Part shown: one piece after another, positions 1-8,003 of the stretch | Position numbering within the stretch: the stretch's first letter is position 1 | Layout: each line of letters starts with the position of its first letter | NCBI GenBank assembly: GCA_030629005.1 | Contig: DAOVPV010000005.1 | Span: forward strand, 462 to 64,461 | Direction: 5' to 3' | Length of the DNA stretch: 64,000 nucleotides | DNA from: a bacterium | GTDB taxonomy: Bacteria; Babelota; Babeliae; Babelales; UASB340 | Made by a program: the position numbers and the translations under genes | Notes under the pieces: generated by a model | What the model was told of the DNA's origin: nothing | What the model saw: the letters and a program-made list of their open reading frames with translations, nothing else | The model's database searches: none

Positions 1-22
1 AGAAACATTTAATGTTTATAAA
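1..22. repeat. 22-nt exact repeat (AGAAACATTTAATGTTTATAAA), identical to 16761-16782; contains the palindrome AAACATT-T-AATGTTT
   Basis: Direct comparison of 1-22 with 16761-16782; similarity continues imperfectly for about 10 more nt. Confidence 0.9.
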
Positions 23-968
23 CAATTCACAAAATATCAATTTACTATCTATAGTAACACCAGTCTTCAATGAAGAAGAAAATATCGAAAAACACCATCA
101 AAACTTAACACTAACTTTATCAAAACTAAAACACTTTAAAAATTATGAAATCATATTCGTAAATGACGGAAGCACAGATAATTCTATAAATATTTTAAAA
201 AAATTAAGCAACATAGATAAAAAATTAAAAATCATAAACTTTACGCGAAACTTTGGGCACGAAGCAGCAACAACGGCCGGCATTAATAATGCAGCAGGTG
301 ATGCTATCGTAATTATAGATGGAGACATGCAAGACCCTACAAAACTAATTCTAGAGTTTGAAAAAGAATACATAAACAACTTTGATATCGTTTACGGTCA
401 ACGTTCAAAACGTTTAAAAGAGTCTTGGCTAAAAAAAATTACATCTAAAGCCTTTTACCCAATATTTAAAGTGTTAACAAAAATAGATATTCCAAAGAAC
501 ACTGGCGATTTTTGTTTAATAAGTCGACGTGCCATCAACATTTTTAATCAACTCCCAGAAAAAAGCCGATTCGTTAGAGGATTAATTTATTGGTCCGGAT
601 TACCAAAAAAAGCAATCTTGTTTGTTCGCAAAGAACGCAATGCAGGACAAACAAAATATAATTATAAAAAATTAACAATATTCGCACTGGAAAATATTAT
701 TTCATTTTCGACAGCACCAATTTATTTTATGATCTTTTTTTCCATGTTTTGTATCACCGCATGTGTTATTGGCGCAATTACCGCTATAATTTTTAGAATT
801 ATGGGATATGTAATAATGCTCGGATGGACATCGCTAATAATTAGTATGTTATTTTTATTTTCTGTAACCCTTTTCTTTTTGGGAATTATAGGTCTTTATA
901 TTGGAAAAATTTTTGAAGAAATAAAAGGTAGACCAACATACCTAATTGAGGAAAAAATCAATTTTTAA
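12..968 (+). CDS. Family-2 glycosyltransferase of the polyprenol-phosphate sugar synthase type (GtrB/ArnC/Dpm1-like)
   Basis: 318-aa ORF with GT-A motifs 'LSIVTPVFNEEENI', 'VNDGSTDNS' and 'DGDMQDP', followed by C-terminal hydrophobic helices. Confidence 0.8.
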   Translation: MFINNSQNINLLSIVTPVFNEEENIEKHHQNLTLTLSKLKHFKNYEIIFVNDGSTDNSINILKKLSNIDKKLKIINFTRNFGHEAATTAGINNAAGDAIVIIDGDMQDPTKLILEFEKEYINNFDIVYGQRSKRLKESWLKKITSKAFYPIFKVLTKIDIPKNTGDFCLISRRAINIFNQLPEKSRFVRGLIYWSGLPKKAILFVRKERNAGQTKYNYKKLTIFALENIISFSTAPIYFMIFFSMFCITACVIGAITAIIFRIMGYVIMLGWTSLIISMLFLFSVTLFFLGIIGLYIGKIFEEIKGRPTYLIEEKINF

Positions 969-2449
969 CTACCATAATAATCAATTTTATCCTCTAATAT
1001 TTCAAAATTAGTTCCAAAATAATGATTAAAAATTAATCTAAAATTATTTACAGGAGAAATAGAATCCCATAACTTTGATTTATCAAAATCTGGTAAACAG
1101 TACGCATTAAACATCGAATATCGTAATTCTTTTATATCATCTTCTGTAAATTTTACCTGAACTCTCGAAGAAAAAAAATTTTCATGCGAACCATGATCAG
1201 CCTGCAATACAATAATTGGCCTTAAACCCGGTTTTTCTAAAATAGAATCAATAAACTCAAGTATTTGTTTATCCATAAAATGTAATTGTTCAATATATGC
1301 TGAATCATTATCAACATATGAATATTGCAAACGACCATCCTTTTTAAAAACAAATGGCATATGTGGACACAAAAAGTGAGAGTAAACAAACTTAGGTCCA
1401 TCTATATTTAATATTTTATTCAAACCATCAAACTGATCTAAATGTTGATTGTACTTAATATAGTTATAAATCCAATTAAGAACACGTCGACTAAACAATT
1501 GATAAATAAATATCTGAGTAAATTCACCAATAAAAAACTTTTTTTTGTAAATATTATTCATATAAGAACTAGGTCCCCACGTATATGAAATATTAATATC
1601 TTTGTAACCTATTTTTTTAAGAAAAAATGCAACATTATTATCTTTTAACATCGGATACGCTAATCCAAAATTTAAATTAATCGTAGTCTTTTTTTTAAAA
1701 TGATATTGTAGATTTAAGGAACTTGGTATAGATAAAACAGTAAAACAATAGTTACTAAAACTCTTTTGTGGTAAATAAAAACCTCTTTTTTTCAAATTAT
1801 TAATAAACCAAGAATCATCATATCCATAATATTTTTTTAAAACATTAGAAGAGGCATGTGCATCAAGTATTATATAATAAATATCTCTTCTATCACTTAA
1901 GGCTAAACAATCATTTAATATTTCAAATGATTTTTCGTGCTGCACTCTAAATCGATTGTTTTCTGAAATATAACTAGAAACATTTGTTCTTATATCAAAA
2001 AAAGAAAATACTGAACTAACCGAATAGAAAAAAATTAAATATAGATAAACCAATGATAAAAACTTAATCAAATTATTATTGATTTCTTTGATAGATAATA
2101 TGAAAACTAATAATGATATAAATAAAAACAAATAAATAAAAAAATAATATTTTGAACTAAAATAACTTAGAAAATTAAAATTTCCATCTAAAACATAAAT
2201 ATATCTATAAATATTTGTAAAAAAATAAACTCCTAGATAAGAAGTGGACAAAAAAATAGCTGCTTTTTTATAATTTCCAATAAATTTTTTCAACAAAAGA
2301 AGAAATATAAAGGCTAAACAAAAAAGAATTATAATCAAAGAAACAAATTCAAAAAAAATAGCTTCACCAACATTTATAGAATATAAATAAATCGCTGGGA
2401 CCAAAAAAGCTAAACAAACATGAACTAAGCTAAAAAAAAACAAACTCAT
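965..2449 (-). CDS. Membrane-anchored sulfatase-like (alkaline phosphatase superfamily; LTA-synthase/phosphoethanolamine-transferase-like) protein, paralogue 1
   Basis: 494 aa; N-terminal multi-TM region, then 'DIYYIILDAHAS' and 'LQADHGSH'; C-terminus 'ISPVNNFRLIFNHYFGTNFEILED' shared with the neighbouring ORF. Confidence 0.65.
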   Translation of the reverse strand: MSLFFFSLVHVCLAFLVPAIYLYSINVGEAIFFEFVSLIIILFCLAFIFLLLLKKFIGNYKKAAIFLSTSYLGVYFFTNIYRYIYVLDGNFNFLSYFSSKYYFFIYLFLFISLLVFILSIKEINNNLIKFLSLVYLYLIFFYSVSSVFSFFDIRTNVSSYISENNRFRVQHEKSFEILNDCLALSDRRDIYYIILDAHASSNVLKKYYGYDDSWFINNLKKRGFYLPQKSFSNYCFTVLSIPSSLNLQYHFKKKTTINLNFGLAYPMLKDNNVAFFLKKIGYKDINISYTWGPSSYMNNIYKKKFFIGEFTQIFIYQLFSRRVLNWIYNYIKYNQHLDQFDGLNKILNIDGPKFVYSHFLCPHMPFVFKKDGRLQYSYVDNDSAYIEQLHFMDKQILEFIDSILEKPGLRPIIVLQADHGSHENFFSSRVQVKFTEDDIKELRYSMFNAYCLPDFDKSKLWDSISPVNNFRLIFNHYFGTNFEILEDKIDYYGS

Positions 2450-2452
2450 TTT

Positions 2453-3958
2453 TTACTCATACTCATTTTGTTCATTTTCTAAAATCTCAAAATCTGTTCC
2501 AAAATATTTATTAAATACAAATCTAAAATTATTAACTGGTGAAATATCATTTGGTAAATCCTTTTTTTCAACACCAGGCAAATGAAATGCACTTAAAATT
2601 CCAAACGTCAAATCCTTTTGATCATCACTTTCAACGTCTATAGAAAAACTATGTTTATCACCATGAGGACCATGATCAGCTTGAACAATAATAATAGGAG
2701 GTTGTTTAGATTCTTTTAAAATAATATCTAACACTTTAGCAATTTCATTATCAATGAATTCTAATTGATTAACATACGCAAATCTATCATTACCTCTAAA
2801 ATAAAGAAACGATCCATTTTTATCAAAAATATAAGGCCTATGGGGACAAAAAAAATGAGTGAAAACAAATTTCGGACTATCTTGTTTTACAACCTTTTTC
2901 AATGTATTTAATTGTCCCAAAATGCTTTGTTGCTTTTGGCTGTCATAATACATATTCAAAAACATTCCAAAGATCGTCTTATTTAAAATTGAATAAAATA
3001 CAGAATAAGAAAAATCAGAAGGAATTGGATAGGAAGCCCCACTCTCTCTTTTTCCAAACTTAGCAGGCCCCCAAACAGATGGTATATTAATAAACTTATA
3101 TCCCAATAAATTTAAAAAATACCGGCTATTACTATTTTTTATAGTATGTGATGCAGAACAAAAAGATAAATCATTATTCTCAGAAATAACTGAATCATAT
3201 TTCATGTTTAAAGAACTAGGAATAGACAAATAAGTATGAGAATAATTACTCATGCTATCTGAAGTAAAATAAAATCCCTTTGTAAGTAATTTTTTCTTAA
3301 AACCCAAAATATCATAATCATAATACTTTTTTAATATATATTCAGATGCATGCGCATCTAAAATTATATAATAAATATCTGGCTTATCAAAAGAAGATAT
3401 TTGTTTCAATTTCTTTAATTGATCTTCATACTTATTTCTAAACTTATCATTATATATATTGTAATGATGAATTTTATTTTGAACCCTAAAATAAGTAAAT
3501 AATCCCCTAATACAAGTAAAAAAAATAAATATACCTAAAAAAATTGTTATCAAATTAAATATTTTTTTATTTACTCGTTTAATCTTTTTGAAAAGAATAA
3601 AAACAATTATAAAAATCAAAAGCCAAATTAAAGAAAAATATCGGGCTCTAAAAAATTTTAAATAACTCCATTTATGAATACCATAAATATTATTATAAAA
3701 CTCAAAGTAAAAATAAACCATCAAATAAAAAACCGATGTAGCAAATGATCCCTTCAAAAAGTCATTATAAATAGACTTAAAAATTAAGAATAAAAAAGCA
3801 TTAATAAAAAACAAACCTAGTATTAAAACTAAAAACTCCGAAATAGGCACTTCACCAATATTAAAAGAGTAGACCGAAAAGGGAATAAGCCACAATAACA
3901 ACGTTGGTTGAATTAAGCCTAATAATAAATCACTCTTAACTATTTTTTTAAAATTCAT
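2453..3958 (-). CDS. Membrane-anchored sulfatase-like protein, paralogue 2 (tandem duplicate)
   Basis: 501 aa; same architecture and motifs ('DIYYIILDAHAS', 'VQADHGPH', 'ISPVNNFRFVFNKYFGTDFEILEN'); 3-nt gap to paralogue 1. Confidence 0.65.
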   Translation of the reverse strand: MNFKKIVKSDLLLGLIQPTLLLWLIPFSVYSFNIGEVPISEFLVLILGLFFINAFLFLIFKSIYNDFLKGSFATSVFYLMVYFYFEFYNNIYGIHKWSYLKFFRARYFSLIWLLIFIIVFILFKKIKRVNKKIFNLITIFLGIFIFFTCIRGLFTYFRVQNKIHHYNIYNDKFRNKYEDQLKKLKQISSFDKPDIYYIILDAHASEYILKKYYDYDILGFKKKLLTKGFYFTSDSMSNYSHTYLSIPSSLNMKYDSVISENNDLSFCSASHTIKNSNSRYFLNLLGYKFINIPSVWGPAKFGKRESGASYPIPSDFSYSVFYSILNKTIFGMFLNMYYDSQKQQSILGQLNTLKKVVKQDSPKFVFTHFFCPHRPYIFDKNGSFLYFRGNDRFAYVNQLEFIDNEIAKVLDIILKESKQPPIIIVQADHGPHGDKHSFSIDVESDDQKDLTFGILSAFHLPGVEKKDLPNDISPVNNFRFVFNKYFGTDFEILENEQNEYE

Positions 3959-5328
3959 TTTTTACCCATAAAATATAAAGTTCTTTTTGAATCTTTTATT
4001 TCTGTTATCTCTTGAATGCTAAAAAATTTACCAAACTCTTTTTCAAAACTATTTATATTATAATCAACAAAAATATCTTTTCTTGTCGCAAGCAAAGTTC
4101 TCACTTTTTTATCCTCTTTTGGAACAAACTCTATAATTAAATTGTTGCTAATAGATGAAAAATATTCTGCAACATAATTAAATGGCAAATTATTAGAAAT
4201 AGTCAGGTGATGAATCAAAGCTAATGCCAGTATAACATCAGGCTTTCCTCGTTTTTTTAAGTTAAGACGCTCACTATTATTCCAACCAATATCAGGACTT
4301 GGATTTGTAAGATCTAAAAATATTGGTAATATATTTTTTTCATTATTTTTTTTAACATTCAAATAATTATTCTCTACGCAAGAAACATCTATATCTGATG
4401 AAAGAACAAAGGCACCCTGCTTACTTGCCAAACAACTAAAAAAACCATCATTTGCGCCCAAATCCCAAACAACCTTAGGCTTAAGTAAATCAAGATAATC
4501 AGAAATAATATTCTTTTTATGATTAAAACCTATTTTAGAATAACTATCACCAGAATAATAATCAGCCCATTCTGTATTACCAGCTTTCCATTTAAGTTTT
4601 TTAATACAATTTTCAAGATTGTCTAACAAAATAATAAAAGATTTTTTACTTAATTTTTTATTATACTTTTTTAAATCTATTTTTTTATCTTCGTAATATT
4701 TTTGACTTTTGGCATGCAAATGAATATTCATCAATATAGAAAAATTTAAATATGTTTTTTTCGGCAAAAGTTTTGAAGCTAGATTAAGAGGGATCCCATC
4801 AATAAAATTTCTTAGAAGCTGATTTAAACGAATATCAACTTTACTCATCAAAAGTAACGGTGCTAAAAAATGCTGACAAAATTGTTTATAACCAACCCAA
4901 AGCTGGCCTTCATTATAAATTTCAAAGGAAAGCGTATCTATAAAAACTGGTTTACCATATAAAAATTGCACATTATACGCACTACAATCTTTTAAAGTCA
5001 TTCCAAACTTTAAAGCACGTAATTGTATTTTTAGCGTAAGAAGCGCCGCATCTTTTAATTGAGAAAAAGACCATTCATAAGGATATGAAATAAAATTAAT
5101 TTTTTTAGGTTTTATAATTTTATATGAATTACTTAAAGAAAAATCATTTACCAAATCATGACTTATAATTAACTTTTTTCCAGATAAATCATCATACAAT
5201 CCAAAATTCATAAAAAAATCATAATGTTCTTTATATGAATAATCTATATATCTATAAATAGATTTATCTTTCCAAAATAAAAAGCCACTAGGATCCCTAA
5301 ATGAACTTTTTTCCTTAAAAAAATCCAT
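3955..5328 (-). CDS. Class I SAM-dependent methyltransferase with a large N-terminal accessory domain
   Basis: 457 aa; motif I 'VWDLGANDGFFSCLA' in the C-terminal half; 4-nt overlap with the downstream sulfatase-like gene. Confidence 0.65.
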   Translation of the reverse strand: MDFFKEKSSFRDPSGFLFWKDKSIYRYIDYSYKEHYDFFMNFGLYDDLSGKKLIISHDLVNDFSLSNSYKIIKPKKINFISYPYEWSFSQLKDAALLTLKIQLRALKFGMTLKDCSAYNVQFLYGKPVFIDTLSFEIYNEGQLWVGYKQFCQHFLAPLLLMSKVDIRLNQLLRNFIDGIPLNLASKLLPKKTYLNFSILMNIHLHAKSQKYYEDKKIDLKKYNKKLSKKSFIILLDNLENCIKKLKWKAGNTEWADYYSGDSYSKIGFNHKKNIISDYLDLLKPKVVWDLGANDGFFSCLASKQGAFVLSSDIDVSCVENNYLNVKKNNEKNILPIFLDLTNPSPDIGWNNSERLNLKKRGKPDVILALALIHHLTISNNLPFNYVAEYFSSISNNLIIEFVPKEDKKVRTLLATRKDIFVDYNINSFEKEFGKFFSIQEITEIKDSKRTLYFMGKK

Positions 5329-5332
5329 TCTA

Positions 5333-5524
5333 TTAATCTTTCTTTTTATTTTTCTTAGAAATAAAATCTTTTATTTTTCTAAAAAAAGTTTTTGCAAAAA
5401 ACAAACTACCTGCAAAAAAAGCTATTAATATCTGAATTAAAAAACTACCAGAACCCGGGTCTATATAAGAAAAAAGATCACTATGAAATAATATTAAAAA
5501 CAAAAAAACTTTGATCAATAACAC
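5333..5524 (-). CDS. Small membrane protein with 'YIDPGSGS' motif and a basic tail
   Basis: 63 aa; two hydrophobic segments, 'DPGSGS' motif, KKNKKKD tail; stop lies 4 nt from the methyltransferase start, so probably first gene of that operon. Confidence 0.45.
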   Translation of the reverse strand: MLLIKVFLFLILFHSDLFSYIDPGSGSFLIQILIAFFAGSLFFAKTFFRKIKDFISKKNKKKD

Positions 5525-5649
5525 AATACTCTCCTAATCTACAACTTAAAATCTATATAAAATTAGATCATATATAAAAAAAATCAAAATTATTGCCAAA
5601 AATAATTATGTTGATAAATTTCAATTAAAATAAAATAGAAGGAATCGCT

Positions 5650-7068
5650 ATGAAAAAAATTAATCTATTTTTATTAACAATTATATTTTTTAATAATATT
5701 TTTTGTTCAAATGTTATTCCAGGAAGTGATCTTTACCCAAAAGAGATTGAATACGTAGAAAATAGAACTCCATTTGTTAACGCTGCTATAAAACTTATAG
5801 CAAATCAAAATTTAGAAACAGAAGAAGTCGAAGATATGGAAATAACAACTTTTCCAAGAATATCTCTATGTTTTAGTGGTGGTAGCTATAGATCTATGAT
5901 AGCAAGTCTTGGCTTTATGGCAGGGGCTGAACAAAATAATTTACTACATGCTGCAACATATATGTCCGCTCTTTCGGGCTCTTGCTGGTTATTAATACCA
6001 TTATTAAACATGAACTGTGAAACTGTTTTTTATAAAAGAATATTAGAAAAAAAAGTAAATAAAAATTTCTTTGATAAAGAAACTTTAAACATAGATAGTA
6101 TTAAAAGCTTTCTTTCAGAGACTGGTCAAAATAAATTAATTGACTTTTGGAGTGCATCTTTGGCTCATCATCTTTTAGGAGACATTGCACCTAATCTAAC
6201 CTTTGAAAAAATAAGAAAAAATCTAAAAACTTTAAACCAATATCCATTTCCAATATTTAATTGCGTTATTGCAAACTCAAAAGACCCTCAAGATGATTTA
6301 CCTTATAATTTTTTAGAAATAACACCATACACAACATATTCTAAAGTTCTTGATAGTACTATAAAAACCAAATACTTAGGCAACGTCTTTAAAAATGGAA
6401 ACCAAAAAACTTATAACCCAGAACTACCTGAAAGTTTTTTTATGGGATTTTTAGGAAGCCCATTTTGTTTATCTGGCGGAGATCTTTTAAATTTTTTATT
6501 ACTAGAGCTTGGTGAATTTTGGCACATAGATGACTACAGATATTTAAATTGGTTCGAACAAAAATTCTATAATTTAAAATTATATAAACACAGGATTTGT
6601 CCTGCAAAAATTCCTAATTACTCTTTAGGCTTAAAACAAAGCAAACTTAGACAAACAAAAAATCTAGAACTAGTTGATGGTGGATTTTGTTTTAATCTAC
6701 CAGCAGAACCATTATTCAGAAGAAATACCGATATTATAATTTTTTTTGATGCTTCTGTAGATGCAACAACACCAAATTATCCAGAACTACAACTTGTCGC
6801 CAATTATGCAAAAGAACATAATATTACATTTCCAAACATAAAAACACCATACCAAGAATCTGAAAACTTAAAAATATTTTTTGACCCTGAAAATCCAGAT
6901 AGTCCAATCATAATTTATTTTACTAATCCAATAACAAAGCCAACATTAAAACTTAGATATGATCCTAAAGAATTTAGGACTCTTTATGATGCAACAGAAC
7001 AATTGGTTTTAGAAAATACTCAAAACATTGCCAAAGCCATTAGTTGGAAAATTGCTCAATTAAATTAA
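5650..7068 (+). CDS. Secreted cytosolic-phospholipase-A2-type (PLA2_B / lysophospholipase catalytic domain) lipase
   Basis: 472 aa; N-terminal leader; 'CFSGGSYRS' (GGGxR-like oxyanion motif), 'ALSGSCW' (GxSGS nucleophile), 'LVDGGFCFNLP' (catalytic Asp region); GAAGGA RBS upstream. Confidence 0.75.
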   Translation: MKKINLFLLTIIFFNNIFCSNVIPGSDLYPKEIEYVENRTPFVNAAIKLIANQNLETEEVEDMEITTFPRISLCFSGGSYRSMIASLGFMAGAEQNNLLHAATYMSALSGSCWLLIPLLNMNCETVFYKRILEKKVNKNFFDKETLNIDSIKSFLSETGQNKLIDFWSASLAHHLLGDIAPNLTFEKIRKNLKTLNQYPFPIFNCVIANSKDPQDDLPYNFLEITPYTTYSKVLDSTIKTKYLGNVFKNGNQKTYNPELPESFFMGFLGSPFCLSGGDLLNFLLLELGEFWHIDDYRYLNWFEQKFYNLKLYKHRICPAKIPNYSLGLKQSKLRQTKNLELVDGGFCFNLPAEPLFRRNTDIIIFFDASVDATTPNYPELQLVANYAKEHNITFPNIKTPYQESENLKIFFDPENPDSPIIIYFTNPITKPTLKLRYDPKEFRTLYDATEQLVLENTQNIAKAISWKIAQLN

Positions 7069-7086
7069 AATCATACCGCAATATTT

Positions 7087-7111
7087 TTATTTATCGATTT
7101 TCGATAAATAA
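7087..7111. promoter_or_regulatory. Perfect 11-3-11 palindrome TTATTTATCGA-TTT-TCGATAAATAA; candidate operator (or terminator of the lipase gene)
   Basis: Read directly. The half-site TTCGATAA recurs at 7121-7128 inside the adjacent promoter spacer. Lies just upstream of an operon encoding an XRE-type HTH protein. Confidence 0.55.
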
Positions 7112-7114
7112 TTG

Positions 7115-7143
7115 TTGACATTCGATAATTAAGATTCTATATT
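7115..7143 (+). promoter_or_regulatory. Sigma70-type promoter: TTGACA, 17-nt spacer, TATATT
   Basis: Consensus -35 at 7115-7120, 17-nt spacer, -10 TATATT at 7138-7143; about 58 nt upstream of the ATG at 7201. Confidence 0.6.
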
Positions 7144-7200
7144 ATCTCAAGTTAATAAAAATTTATATCAATTAAATTTAATATTTATTTGAGGTCCAAC

Positions 7201-7731
7201 ATGAAATCAATAAAAAAATACGCAAAGTATTTAAAATTATTTCTTGTATTTATTGTAGCGCCAATGTCTCTTTATATTTTTGTACAAAATATAATTAATT
7301 GGACTAAAGGATACGTCCCTAAAAATGTTATCCAAAATGTTCCGATTTTTAAGGCAATATCACCAACAACAAAAACGTTAGGAATGGTTATAGATACAAT
7401 TATTCCATTTATAATTTTAATTTTTGGTTTTATCTCATTTATAAAAATTTTAGATCTATTTAAAAAGGGTGAAATTTTTACTACAAACGTTTTTTATCAA
7501 TTTAAAACATTAACAAAACTTGCATTAATTTGGGTTATATACAATCCACTTGGATACACTTTATTACTACTTACAATCACAATAAACAACCCAAAAGGAC
7601 ATCGGTACCTTGGGTTATCATTTTCTAGCCAAGATGCACTAAACATTCTTTTATTTGGCCTATTTCTTCTTGTTACATCACTAATGTACGAGGGATTGCG
7701 CCTTAAAAAAGAATCCGATTTTACGGTGTAA
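7201..7731 (+). CDS. DUF2975-like multi-pass membrane protein
   Basis: ORF track starts at 7189 on TTG. ATG at 7201 is preceded by GAGG. Four hydrophobic segments; immediately followed by a YozG-like HTH gene, the usual pairing for this family. Confidence 0.6.
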   Translation: MKSIKKYAKYLKLFLVFIVAPMSLYIFVQNIINWTKGYVPKNVIQNVPIFKAISPTTKTLGMVIDTIIPFIILIFGFISFIKILDLFKKGEIFTTNVFYQFKTLTKLALIWVIYNPLGYTLLLLTITINNPKGHRYLGLSFSSQDALNILLFGLFLLVTSLMYEGLRLKKESDFTV

Positions 7732-7733
7732 TT

Positions 7734-7940
7734 ATGAAAATAATTGTAAAATTAGATGAAATGATGGCAAAACGTAAAATTAGATTAAAAGAACTTTCTG
7801 AACTTGTAGGCATTACAGAAGCAAATTTATCCATTTTAAAAAATGAAAAGGCTAAGGCTATCAGATTTTCTACATTGGAAGCTTTGTGTAAAACTCTAAA
7901 CTGTCAACCCGGGGATATTTTAGAGTTTGAAAAAGAATAA
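7734..7940 (+). CDS. XRE-family (YozG-like) helix-turn-helix transcriptional regulator
   Basis: 68 aa; 'KIRLKELSELVGITEANLSILKNEKAKAIRFSTLEALCKTLNCQPGDILEF' is a typical HTH_26/XRE sequence. Confidence 0.85.
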   Translation: MKIIVKLDEMMAKRKIRLKELSELVGITEANLSILKNEKAKAIRFSTLEALCKTLNCQPGDILEFEKE

Positions 7941-7969
7941 AAAATATCATTCTACTTTCTCCTTTTTTC

Positions 7970-8003
7970 AAAAAAGCCCTTAATTTTTAAGGGCTTTTTT
8001 TTT
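7970..8003. terminator. Bidirectional rho-independent terminator (A6, AGCCCTTAA, ttt, TTAAGGGCT, T9)
   Basis: 9-bp stem, 3-nt loop, flanking A and T runs; lies between convergent genes and contains the stop codon of the 1207-aa ORF. Confidence 0.75.

Noticed and set aside
5593-5620. Possible promoter TTGCCA, 16-nt spacer, TAAATT upstream of the phospholipase gene.
   Set aside because: Hexamers of this quality occur by chance very often in DNA this AT-rich. Without a transcription start site it is not reportable as a feature.
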